This document shows, piece by piece, positions 42,688-51,315 of a stretch of 64,000 nucleotides of DNA (its first letter is position 1; every line of letters begins with the position of its first letter). The notes beneath the pieces are model-generated. The model was given only the letters and a program-made list of their open reading frames with translations, was not told the DNA's origin and made no database searches. This DNA comes from Candidatus Caldifonticola tengchongensis (GTDB lineage Bacteria; Sysuimicrobiota; Sysuimicrobiia; Sysuimicrobiales; Sysuimicrobiaceae). Both the position numbers and the translations under genes were made by a program. The DNA is taken from NCBI GenBank assembly GCA_031432545.1, contig JAVKGX010000003.1, positions 57,861-121,860 of the forward strand, in the 5' to 3' direction.

Positions 42688-42744
42688 CGGCACGTGGCGA
42701 ACGGGCGGTCTTCGGCGCACACGTGCTGCCCTCGGAGGATTGCC

Positions 42745-43833
42745 ATGCGACGCCTTCTCATCGACAGCGGCGGTAGTTCGGACGACGTCCTGGCGCTGCT
42801 GATGGCGGCCAGGTCTTCGGAGGTGGAGATCGTCGCGGTCACGGCGATCGCCGGCTGCGTGCGGGTCGGGCAGGCTGCGGAGAACCTCCTGTACGGTCTG
42901 GAGGTGGCGGGTGCGAGCCGCGTGCCGGTCTACCTCGGCTGCGAGCGCCCGTTGCTGCGACCCCACACACCGTTCGAGCCGCTGCACGGCCGCAGCGGGA
43001 TGGGTGCCCACAACCACCCGCGGGCCAAGCAGCGGCCCGAATCGGCGCACGCGGTGGATGCGATCCTGTCTTTGTGTCGCCACTACCGCAAGGAGTTGGA
43101 CATCGTGTGCCTGGGGCCGCCGACGAACCTGGCGGCGGCCCTGATCCAGTCGCCCAAGCTCGCCGAGATGCCCGGTCGGGTCTACGTCTACGGTGGCTCG
43201 TCCGATGGGGGGAACGTCACGGCGTCGGCGGAGTTCAACTTCCACACCGATCCAGAAGCGGCGTCTTTGGTGCTCGATAGCGGGCTGCCGATCACGCTGG
43301 TGGGCTGGGACCAGGCGCGCCAGCACATGACGATGCGCGAGGGCGACATCCACCGGATCCGCCAGGGAACCACGCGGGAGTGCCGGCTGTTTATGGAATC
43401 GACGCGGACGTTCGCCGAGTACTGCCGGCGCACCCTGCGGATGCGTGGGTCGGCGCTGGGAGCGGTCCTCACGATGGCCGTGGCCCTCGACCCCGGTGTG
43501 GTCCGGGAGTCGGTGCGCGTCCGCGCGGACGTCGAGACGCGTGGGGAGATCACCCGCGGACAGGTCGTCTTCGACGCGGTGGGCCTGTCCCACCGCCCGG
43601 CCAACGTCCAACGGGTCTGCGACGCCGACGGCGAGCGCGCGCGAGAGATGCTCTTTTCGGCCCTCGGCGCGCCGCCGGTGACGGTCGAGCGGCCGCAGCA
43701 GGTGCCGGAGATGGGCGAGTCAGAGTCTCCTCCGCAGCCCCCGGCCGAGGCGGAAACACCCGATCGCACACCACAAGGCTCGGCCGAGCCGGTGCCGGTT
43801 CCCGATGCACCGTCCGACACGACACGGGATTAG
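42745..43833 (+). CDS. nucleoside hydrolase (IU-NH family) with degenerate N-terminal Asp cluster
   Basis: ATG 42745 with RBS ggaggattgcc. IUNH fold (LGPPTNLAAAL..., HTDPEAA). The DxDxxxDD calcium motif reads DSGGSSDD, i.e. the second Asp is replaced by Gly. Low-complexity Pro/Glu-rich C-terminal tail. Confidence 0.7.
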   Translation: MRRLLIDSGGSSDDVLALLMAARSSEVEIVAVTAIAGCVRVGQAAENLLYGLEVAGASRVPVYLGCERPLLRPHTPFEPLHGRSGMGAHNHPRAKQRPESAHAVDAILSLCRHYRKELDIVCLGPPTNLAAALIQSPKLAEMPGRVYVYGGSSDGGNVTASAEFNFHTDPEAASLVLDSGLPITLVGWDQARQHMTMREGDIHRIRQGTTRECRLFMESTRTFAEYCRRTLRMRGSALGAVLTMAVALDPGVVRESVRVRADVETRGEITRGQVVFDAVGLSHRPANVQRVCDADGERAREMLFSALGAPPVTVERPQQVPEMGESESPPQPPAEAETPDRTPQGSAEPVPVPDAPSDTTRD

Positions 43834-43836
43834 CCC

Positions 43837-44724
43837 GTGCTGCTGACCGCGGGCGACCTGGTCCTCGACGTCCTGGTCCGGTCGGACACCGGGCCGCATC
43901 CCGGCTCCGAAGGCGACGGACAGATCGTCCTCGCCCCCGGCGGATCGGCCGCGAACGTCGCCCGTTGGGCCGCCCATCTGGGTTTTCCGGCCCGGTTCGT
44001 CGGATCCGTCGGCGACGACTTCGCGGGTCGGTGGCTGACCGAGGCGATGCGGTCGTCGGGTGTGGACGTCCGCGTGGACGCTGTCGCCGGTGAGCCCACC
44101 GGCGTCGTCGCGGTCTGGGTGGACCCGTCCGGGGAGCGCACGATGGTGACCGACCGCACCGCCAACCGCTACCTCCCCCCGCGGCTGCTCGACGAGGACA
44201 CGTGGTCGGACGTGACGCACTTCCACTTCACCGGATATTCGTTGCTGGCATCCCAGACACGTGAGCGCATTCTCGCCGCGAAGGCCATTGCGGTCCGCCG
44301 CGGTTGCACGCTGTCGTTCGACCCGGGGCCGCATCGGCGCCTCGTCCAGCACGTCGGCGCCGCTGCAATCCTGGCGGCGTGCGATGGCGTCGATGTGCTT
44401 TTGCCCAACGAGGCGGAGGCAGTTGCGCTGGCGGCAGCGAAGAGTGTCGAGGAGGCGATCGATCGGCTGAGCGCGAGGAGTTCGATCGTGTGCATCAAGC
44501 GAGGCTCTGCTGGATGCCTGCTGGCCCGTGGCGCGCAGCGGCTTAGCATCGTGCCGCCGGGCCACACCGCCGTGGACACGACCGGTGCGGGGGATGCGTT
44601 CGCCGCCGGCTTTCTGGCGGTGTGGAAACGCGGCGCCTCCGTTCCGGAAGCGGCTGCCGCCGGCGTGCGCGCCGCAGCGCGAGCGGTGTCGCACGTCGGT
44701 GCCGGGCCGCAGGGATGGGCGTAG
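43837..44724 (+). CDS. PfkB-family carbohydrate/nucleoside kinase (pseudouridine kinase candidate)
   Basis: GTG 43837. PfkB signatures (GGSAANVA, DTTGAGDAFAAGFL). Adjacent to psuG as in the psuK-psuG arrangement. Confidence 0.75.
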   Translation: MLLTAGDLVLDVLVRSDTGPHPGSEGDGQIVLAPGGSAANVARWAAHLGFPARFVGSVGDDFAGRWLTEAMRSSGVDVRVDAVAGEPTGVVAVWVDPSGERTMVTDRTANRYLPPRLLDEDTWSDVTHFHFTGYSLLASQTRERILAAKAIAVRRGCTLSFDPGPHRRLVQHVGAAAILAACDGVDVLLPNEAEAVALAAAKSVEEAIDRLSARSSIVCIKRGSAGCLLARGAQRLSIVPPGHTAVDTTGAGDAFAAGFLAVWKRGASVPEAAAAGVRAAARAVSHVGAGPQGWA

Positions 44725-45414
44725 ATGGGCCTGCCGCTGATCCTCTCGCTGGTCTTCGGGGCGGGAGCCAACGCGGCCGCGAACCTGCGACGGGTTGCCG
44801 ACGGGCGCGTGTGGGTGGCGTTCGCCGTCGGCGGTGGGGTGTTCTTCGTCGTGCAGTTCGTCAGCCGTCCTCTGGTTGCGCTGGTCTCGATGTTGGGCGG
44901 CTGGCAGGCCGACGGGACGTTCCCGAGCTGGCTGTTCGTGGCCGTCAACGTCGTCTTGGCCGAGCTGTTCAAGTTGACGGCCGCCCTGGTCCTGCACTCG
45001 GCGTACCGATCGCCGGTCGGGGAAGCCTCCGGGACCGGGGCGGCCGTCGGAGCGGGTTTCGCAGTCTGGTACGAGTCGCTGATCCTGTCGTCGGCGTTCC
45101 AGATCTCGCGCCTGGCCCTGCCCGGCGGGCAGTCGCTGGTTGCCGCACTCGTGGCTTCGTTGGCCCGCGTGCTGGCCGGGTCGGCGACCACGGGGCTGGG
45201 TGCCGGGCTGGCGGTGCGCGGGCAGCTGGCTGGCGGCGTCGTGCTGGCGGTGGCGGCTCAGCTGCTGTTGGATCCCGGTCTTCGGGTGCTGCTGTGGCGC
45301 CCCTGGATGACCGTCGCCGCCACCGCCCTCGTGAGCGGCGTGCTGTTCGCGTGGCTGGTCGTGTGGGGCGGCGGGAGGACCCGGGCAGTGCCCCCCGGAT
45401 CGGACGGACCGTAG
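44725..45414 (+). CDS. hypothetical integral membrane protein
   Basis: ATG 44725 immediately after the kinase stop. 229 aa, 6-7 hydrophobic segments, no family recognised. Confidence 0.5.
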   Translation: MGLPLILSLVFGAGANAAANLRRVADGRVWVAFAVGGGVFFVVQFVSRPLVALVSMLGGWQADGTFPSWLFVAVNVVLAELFKLTAALVLHSAYRSPVGEASGTGAAVGAGFAVWYESLILSSAFQISRLALPGGQSLVAALVASLARVLAGSATTGLGAGLAVRGQLAGGVVLAVAAQLLLDPGLRVLLWRPWMTVAATALVSGVLFAWLVVWGGGRTRAVPPGSDGP

Positions 45415-45435
45415 CGGTCGAGGAGCGAAACGCCC

Positions 45436-45750
45436 ATGCCGGTAAATCCGAAGCTGCGCGACCGCAACACCGACCGGCTGTTCGAGGCCATCTTACAGCT
45501 GCGTTCCCTCGAGGAATGCTACCGCTTCTTCGAAGACCTCTGCACCGTCCACGAGCTGCACGCGTTGGCCCAGCGGTTTCACGTGGCCCGACTGCTGCAC
45601 GAGGGGGCGACCTACGAAGAGGTCGTGCGCAAGACAGGCGCGAGCTCGGCCACCGTCAGCCGCGTGAAGCGGTTTTTGGAGTACGGCGCGGACGGATACC
45701 GGCTCGTGCTGCGCCGGATGGGCGCTCGAAAACCCCGCCCCCGAAGTTGA
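45436..45750 (+). CDS. TrpR-like YerC/YecD family protein
   Basis: 104 aa. Family signature region (LFEAILQL...ECYRFFEDLCT..EL...QR..VA..L..G.TY.E......S.ATVSRVKR). Sits immediately upstream of the his operon. Confidence 0.7.
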   Translation: MPVNPKLRDRNTDRLFEAILQLRSLEECYRFFEDLCTVHELHALAQRFHVARLLHEGATYEEVVRKTGASSATVSRVKRFLEYGADGYRLVLRRMGARKPRPRS

Positions 45751-45792
45751 CACCGGCCCGCTCCTCGTGGTATCGTGAGCGCTACTTCCATT

Positions 45793-45808
45793 CTTTAGCG
45801 CGATAAAG
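45793..45808. promoter_or_regulatory. inverted repeat CTTTAgcgcgaTAAAG between the yerC-like gene and hisZ (candidate operator)
   Basis: Perfect 5-bp arms separated by 6 bp, in an unusually AT-rich 70-nt intergenic stretch 16 nt upstream of the hisZ ATG. Confidence 0.3.
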
Positions 45809-45823
45809 GACTAAATCACTGCG

Positions 45824-47044
45824 ATGCCGAGCCGCACGGCTCCCTTCCGAGGGCATCGGATCCCCGACGGCCTGCGCGACTGGCTCCCCGACGAGTGGGG
45901 GCGGGTGCGGGCACTGGAGGCGCGGCTTCGTGCGCTGTTCGGCGCATGGGGATACTGCGAGGTGGCTACGCCGGTGCTGGAATGTCTGGACAGCGTCGCG
46001 CGCGGGATCGGCCAGACGCCGCAAGACTGGTTCGTCGTCGTGGACCGCACCGGTGAACTTTTGGTGCTGCGCCCGGAGATGACCGTGCCGATGGCGCGCC
46101 TGGCCGCGGGCCACCTGACGGGGCGGACGGTGCGGCTGTGCTACTTCGCCGAGGTGTTTCGAGGCCGACGGGCGCGGGGCGCGGCCCGGGAGTTCCGTCA
46201 GGCAGGGGTGGAGCGGATCGGGGATCGGGGGTGCGAGGCCGACGGGGAGGTGATCGCGCTGGCCGCGCACGCGCTGCGGGAGGCCGGCGTGCGTGACTTC
46301 CGCATCGGCGTCGGGCACGTGGGGTTGTTGCGCGCGTTGTTGGAGGCGGCCGGTCTGGACGCCGGGGACCGGCACACGGCGCAGGTGCTGCTGTACCGCC
46401 GCGACTTCGTGACGCTGCGCGGGCTGCTGGCGGGCAGCCCCGCCCGGGTTCGCGATGTCATCTTTTCGCTGCCCGAGTTGCGGGGCGGGGACGCCTCTGC
46501 GGCCGTGCGTGACGTCGGGGTCGGGGCCGAGGCTGTGGCGGAAGTCGATGCGGTGCTGGCGACCCTGCCGGCCTTCGGAGTGGGGGATGCGGTGGAGATG
46601 GACCTGGGCTTGATCCGCGACTTCGACTACTACACGGGCGTCGTGTTCGAGGGATACACCCGGGGGCTTGGGTTGCCGCTGCTGGGCGGGGGCCGCTACG
46701 ACGAACTGCTGGGGCGCTTTGGGGCCGACCGCCCGGCCATGGGGTTCGCGATCGAACTCGAGCGCGTTCTGCCGGCTGCTGACGCGTTGGCCGAGCGGCG
46801 ACCTGCGCTGCAGATCGTCTACGAGCCGCAGGCGCGCGCCGCAGCGCTGGACGTGGCGCGGCGTGCGCGCGATGCCGGGTGGGCGGTGACGGTGGATCCG
46901 CACCCGGCGGAGCCGCTGGGAGGCGCGCCGACCCTGGCGTTCACGACGGCGGGCGTCCGTCTTTCCGATCCGGACGGTACCCAACGCGAGGTGCCGGGGG
47001 CCCACTGGCAGCAGATCCGCGGCCTGTTGGACGGTGCCCGGTGA
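45824..47044 (+). CDS. hisZ: ATP phosphoribosyltransferase regulatory subunit HisZ (HisRS paralog)
   Basis: 406 aa class-II aaRS-like core with no anticodon-binding domain. Followed by a short-form hisG. Confidence 0.85.
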   Translation: MPSRTAPFRGHRIPDGLRDWLPDEWGRVRALEARLRALFGAWGYCEVATPVLECLDSVARGIGQTPQDWFVVVDRTGELLVLRPEMTVPMARLAAGHLTGRTVRLCYFAEVFRGRRARGAAREFRQAGVERIGDRGCEADGEVIALAAHALREAGVRDFRIGVGHVGLLRALLEAAGLDAGDRHTAQVLLYRRDFVTLRGLLAGSPARVRDVIFSLPELRGGDASAAVRDVGVGAEAVAEVDAVLATLPAFGVGDAVEMDLGLIRDFDYYTGVVFEGYTRGLGLPLLGGGRYDELLGRFGADRPAMGFAIELERVLPAADALAERRPALQIVYEPQARAAALDVARRARDAGWAVTVDPHPAEPLGGAPTLAFTTAGVRLSDPDGTQREVPGAHWQQIRGLLDGAR

Positions 47045-47709
47045 AGAAGCTGACGGTGGCGGTCCCCGCCGGGCGCCTGCGCGCAGACGCGCTGCGCGCC
47101 CTCCGATCCGCAGGCTACGCGGGTGCGGCCGATCCCGACGACCGCAGCCTGTTGCTGCCGTGGGGTGAGTTGACGGTGCTGGTGGCGAAACCGGTCGATC
47201 TGCTGACGTACGTGGAACGCGGTGCGGCCGACTGCGGGATTGTCGGCAAGGACGTGCTCCTCGAGCAGTCGCACCACGTCTACGAGTTGCTCGACCTGGG
47301 CTTCGGGCGGTGCCGGGGCGTGGTGGCCGTCCCGCGCGGGCGAACCGCGCTCTGGGACGACGCGCGCCGGCCGCTGCGCATCGCCACGAAGTACCCGCGG
47401 GTCGCCGAGGGCTTCTTCCGGGAGCGCGGGCGCCCGGTCGAGATCGTCGAGATGTACGGGTCGGTCGAACTCGCCCCGCGCGTGGGGCTCAGCGACGGCA
47501 TCCTCGACGTGGTGATGACCGGCGCTACGTTGCGTGCCAACGACCTGGTGGAGGTGGCGCAGGCGTTCGTCTCCACCGCGCGCCTGGTCGTGAACCCCGT
47601 GAGCCTGCGCGCCCGGTCCGACGCAGTGCAGACCCTGTTGGACCGTTTGAGGGGTCGCAGCGGCGGTGCGGCCATCGCCTCGGCCTCGCAGGGGGAGGGA
47701 TCGGCGTGA
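47041..47709 (+). CDS. hisG: ATP phosphoribosyltransferase, short form
   Basis: GTG 47041 overlaps the hisZ stop (GTGA). 222 aa, (V)KKLTVAVPAGRL..., no C-terminal regulatory domain, consistent with HisZ dependence. Confidence 0.88.
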   Translation: MKKLTVAVPAGRLRADALRALRSAGYAGAADPDDRSLLLPWGELTVLVAKPVDLLTYVERGAADCGIVGKDVLLEQSHHVYELLDLGFGRCRGVVAVPRGRTALWDDARRPLRIATKYPRVAEGFFRERGRPVEIVEMYGSVELAPRVGLSDGILDVVMTGATLRANDLVEVAQAFVSTARLVVNPVSLRARSDAVQTLLDRLRGRSGGAAIASASQGEGSA

Positions 47710-49031
47710 GGGTCGTGCGCCTCCGTGACGTCCCGCCGGGCGACCTGCGCCGGTTGCTGGCGCGTTCCCGGGATCGGATCTTCGACCCCCAGACGCAGGA
47801 CGCAGTTCGCCGGCTGCTCGACGACGTGCGCGCGCGGGGCGACCAGGCCGTTGTGGACGCCACGGCCCGATTCGATGGGGTGCGGCTTCGGCCCGATGAA
47901 CTCGCCGTCTCCCGGCAGCAGATCCGTTCCGCGCACCGGCGGGTGGACGATGCGGTGCGGGCTGCTCTGGAGGCGGCGATCGAACGCAGCCGGCGGTTCT
48001 CCGAGTGGCTGCGGCCGCCGGAGACGGTCGTCGAGGAGATCGAGCCCGGCATCACCGTCGGCGTGCGCCACACGTCGATCGCATCGGTCGGCGCGTACGT
48101 CCCCTCCGGCAAGGGGAGGTTCCCCTCGACGGTTGCGACGATGCTCACGCCGGCCGTGGTGGCCGGCGTTCCGGACATCGCCCTCGTCGTCCCGCCAGGG
48201 CCAGACGGTTCGGTGGATCCCGCGGTGCTCCTCGCGGCGGACTTGCTGGGGATCGAGCGCGTGTTCTGCGCCAACGGCCCCGCGGGCATTGCCGCGCTCA
48301 GCGTGGGGACGGCGACCTTCCCGCGGGTGGAGGCGGTCGTGGGTCCGGGCAGTCCTCACGTCGTAGCGATGCAACTGACCATCTCGTCGTTGGGCGTGCG
48401 CGCGCTGGGACTGATGGGACCCACGGAATCCGTGGTGCTGGCCGACGGCCGGGCTCCGGTGGACCTCGTGGCGCTCGACTTGGTGAACGAAGCCGAGCAC
48501 GGCAGTGACTCGGCCTGTTGGCTCGTCACCCCCAGCGCCGCGCTGGCCGAGGAGGCGGTCGCACGTGTGAGGGACCTGCTGGACCGAATCCCCGAGCCGC
48601 GGCGTACCTACGCGCGCGATGCGCTGTCCGATCTGGGCGGGGCCCTCGTGGTCGATAGCTGGGAGGAAGCGGTGTCGTTCGTGGACGCCTACGCCCCCGA
48701 ACACCTCCTCATCCACGCCGCCGAGGCGTGGGAGACGGCGTGGCGCATCCGCCACGCGGGGGAGATTCTCATCGGACCACACACGCCGTTTTCGGCGGCG
48801 AACTACGCGATCGGCATACCGGCGGCGCTGCCCACGGGCGGGGCGGCACGCCGCGAGGGTGGCATTACGGTCCTCAGCTTCCTCAAGACCACGTCTGTGG
48901 GACATCTGGATCCGCGTGGCCTGGAGAAGGTGCGAGGCGTCGTGCAGGCGCTGGGTGCGTATGAGGGTTTCCCCGCGCACGTGATGGCGGTGACCGGTCG
49001 ACCCGTTGGGCCCTCGGGGCCCGGAGGGTAG
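47706..49031 (+). CDS. hisD: histidinol dehydrogenase
   Basis: GTG 47706 overlaps the hisG stop. HisD motifs (...GPSGPG at the C-terminus); 441 aa. Confidence 0.9.
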   Translation: MRVVRLRDVPPGDLRRLLARSRDRIFDPQTQDAVRRLLDDVRARGDQAVVDATARFDGVRLRPDELAVSRQQIRSAHRRVDDAVRAALEAAIERSRRFSEWLRPPETVVEEIEPGITVGVRHTSIASVGAYVPSGKGRFPSTVATMLTPAVVAGVPDIALVVPPGPDGSVDPAVLLAADLLGIERVFCANGPAGIAALSVGTATFPRVEAVVGPGSPHVVAMQLTISSLGVRALGLMGPTESVVLADGRAPVDLVALDLVNEAEHGSDSACWLVTPSAALAEEAVARVRDLLDRIPEPRRTYARDALSDLGGALVVDSWEEAVSFVDAYAPEHLLIHAAEAWETAWRIRHAGEILIGPHTPFSAANYAIGIPAALPTGGAARREGGITVLSFLKTTSVGHLDPRGLEKVRGVVQALGAYEGFPAHVMAVTGRPVGPSGPGG

Positions 49032-49037
49032 GGGGCC

Positions 49038-50117
49038 ATGCGGGTCCGACCCAGACCGGAGGTCGACGCGCTGCCGGGTTACCGGCTGACGGTGGTGCCC
49101 GCCCCGATCAAGTTGAACCAGAACGAATCCCCCTACGACCTTCCGCCCGAGGTCAAGGAAGAGGTGCTCGGAACGTTGCGGTCGGTGCCCTGGAACCGCT
49201 ATCCGCCGATGCGCGCCGGGCGACTGCGGGAAGCGATCGCCCGGTTACAGGGTGTAAAGCCTGAGAAGGTGATCCTCACCAACGGCTCCAACGAGGCGAT
49301 CCTCGCGCTGATCTCTGCCTTCGCCGCCGGCGGCACGGTCGTTCTGCCGGAGCCGGGCTACTCGATGGCCAGACCCCTGGCCGTGACCGCGGGCGCCCAC
49401 GCGGTGGCCGTTCGGCTGCGCGAAGACCTCAGCATGGATCCGGACGCGCTCCTTTCCGCCGCGGCCGCCTCCTGCGCATCGATGATCTTCTTCGCCTCCC
49501 CGAACAACCCGACGGGCCGCGCCGTACCCCCCGACGACGTGGAGCGCATCGTGGCGGGCTTTCGTGGCCTGGTGGTCGTCGACGAGGCATACTGGGGTTT
49601 CTCGGAAGGGACGGCGCTGCGGCTGCTGCCCGAGCGGGCGAACGTGGCGGTCGTGCGAACGGCGTCCAAGGCGTTCGGTCTTGCCGGCGTGCGAGTCGGC
49701 TGGGTCACCGCGTCGAGGGACGTGATCGCGGCGTTGGACAAAACCCTGCCACCGTACAACCTGGACGTCTTCGCCCAGGCCGCGGCGGAGGCGATGGTGC
49801 GCCGGCCGGATCTGGTGCGCGAGCGCGCATCGCAGGTCGTGCGGGAGCGCGAACGCGTCCTGGAGGCCCTGCGCGCGCTCGGGGTCGAAGCGTTCGCGAG
49901 CGAGGCGAACTTCATCCTGTTCCGCACGCCCGACGCGGCTGCGACGTTCGACGGCCTGGCGCGGCGCGGCGTGCTCGTGCGGGACGTCTCGCACTTCCCC
50001 ATGCTCGACGGCTGCCTGCGTGTGACTGTGGGGACGCCTCCCGACAACGACGCGTTCTTGCAGGCGCTGCGTCAGGCCCTGCCCCGGGTGCGGGCGTCCG
50101 GCGGGAGGTCTGTATGA
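49038..50117 (+). CDS. hisC: histidinol-phosphate aminotransferase
   Basis: 359 aa class-II aminotransferase. PLP lysine region (RTASKAFGLAG). Confidence 0.9.
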   Translation: MRVRPRPEVDALPGYRLTVVPAPIKLNQNESPYDLPPEVKEEVLGTLRSVPWNRYPPMRAGRLREAIARLQGVKPEKVILTNGSNEAILALISAFAAGGTVVLPEPGYSMARPLAVTAGAHAVAVRLREDLSMDPDALLSAAAASCASMIFFASPNNPTGRAVPPDDVERIVAGFRGLVVVDEAYWGFSEGTALRLLPERANVAVVRTASKAFGLAGVRVGWVTASRDVIAALDKTLPPYNLDVFAQAAAEAMVRRPDLVRERASQVVRERERVLEALRALGVEAFASEANFILFRTPDAAATFDGLARRGVLVRDVSHFPMLDGCLRVTVGTPPDNDAFLQALRQALPRVRASGGRSV

Positions 50118-50692
50118 GGTCTGCGACGGTCGCGCGCACCACGGCCGAGACCTCGGTCCGGGTGTCGCTGAACCTGGACGGCACCGGCCGGCACGATGTG
50201 CGGACCGGCATCGGCTTCTTCGACCACGTGCTGGCGCAGCTCGCCTGCCACGGCGGGTTCGACCTGACCGTTGTGGCGGAGGGCGATCTCGAGGTGGACG
50301 CCCACCACACCGTCGAGGACGTGGGCATCACGCTGGGCCAGGCCCTCTCTGAGGCGCTGTCCGACCGCAGCGGGATCGCCCGGTTCGCCAGCCTCCACGC
50401 CGCGATGGACGACGCGCTCGTGCTCTGCGCGGTGGACGCAGGCGGCCGGCCGTTTCTGGCGTGCGACCTGCGGTTCTCTCTGCCGGTGGTCGGTGCGTTT
50501 CCGACGGAACTCGTCGAGGAGTTCCTGCGGGCGTTCGTCACGCACGGACGCCTCACCGCCCACGTCAGACTCGTTGACGGCCACAACAGCCACCACATCG
50601 TCGAGGCCGTCTTCAAGGGGTTGGGTGTGGTTCTGCGCCGCGCGGTCGCGGTCGAGCGGCAGGGCGTGCCGTCCACGAAGGGTGTGCTGTGA
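50114..50692 (+). CDS. hisB: imidazoleglycerol-phosphate dehydratase (monofunctional, no HAD phosphatase domain)
   Basis: 192 aa with IGPD motifs (GIGFFDHVL, HHTVEDVGI, HH..E). ATGA overlap with hisC. Confidence 0.92.
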   Translation: MRSATVARTTAETSVRVSLNLDGTGRHDVRTGIGFFDHVLAQLACHGGFDLTVVAEGDLEVDAHHTVEDVGITLGQALSEALSDRSGIARFASLHAAMDDALVLCAVDAGGRPFLACDLRFSLPVVGAFPTELVEEFLRAFVTHGRLTAHVRLVDGHNSHHIVEAVFKGLGVVLRRAVAVERQGVPSTKGVL

Positions 50693-51315
50693 AGGACACA
50701 GCGTGCCGGGCCGCCGTCGTGGACTACGGCGCCGGCAATCTGCACAGCGTGGAGCGTGCTCTCGCCCGAGTGGGGTTCGCCGCCTGGCGGGCGGTGCGGC
50801 CGGAGGCGTTGGACGGCGCCGACGTGGTCGTGCTGCCGGGGGTGGGTGCGTTCGGTCCGGCGTCGCGTCGCCTGCGCGAGGAGGGGTTCTTCGAGGCGAT
50901 CCGCGCCGCGCTGCGCGAGGGGCGATGGCTCGTCGGGCTGTGCCTGGGGATGCAGATGCTGTTCGAGGAGAGTGAGGAGGACGGAACCCACGAGGGACTC
51001 GGACTGCTGGCGGGCCGGGTCGTGCGGCTGCCCGACGGGATGAAGGTGCCACACATGGGCTGGAACACGCTGACGGTCGCCCGCGGTTGCCCGTTCCCTC
51101 TGGGCGTGAGGTCCGGGGAGTACGTGTACTTCGTGCACTCCTTCTACGCCCGAGCCCGCGAGGAGGACACGGTCGCCTGGACCCCGTACGGGGTCCGCGT
51201 TCCGGCCATCGTCGCGGCAGGGAGGGTGTTGGGTTTTCAGTTCCACCCCGAAAAGAGCGGCGAGGTGGGCCTGCGCCTGCTGCGGGGCCTGGCCGGCGCG
51301 GTCGGGCGGTCATGA
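50689..51315 (+). CDS. hisH: imidazole glycerol phosphate synthase, glutamine amidotransferase subunit
   Basis: 208 aa class-I GATase (GLCLGMQ catalytic Cys; HPE). Confidence 0.9.
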   Translation: MKDTACRAAVVDYGAGNLHSVERALARVGFAAWRAVRPEALDGADVVVLPGVGAFGPASRRLREEGFFEAIRAALREGRWLVGLCLGMQMLFEESEEDGTHEGLGLLAGRVVRLPDGMKVPHMGWNTLTVARGCPFPLGVRSGEYVYFVHSFYARAREEDTVAWTPYGVRVPAIVAAGRVLGFQFHPEKSGEVGLRLLRGLAGAVGRS

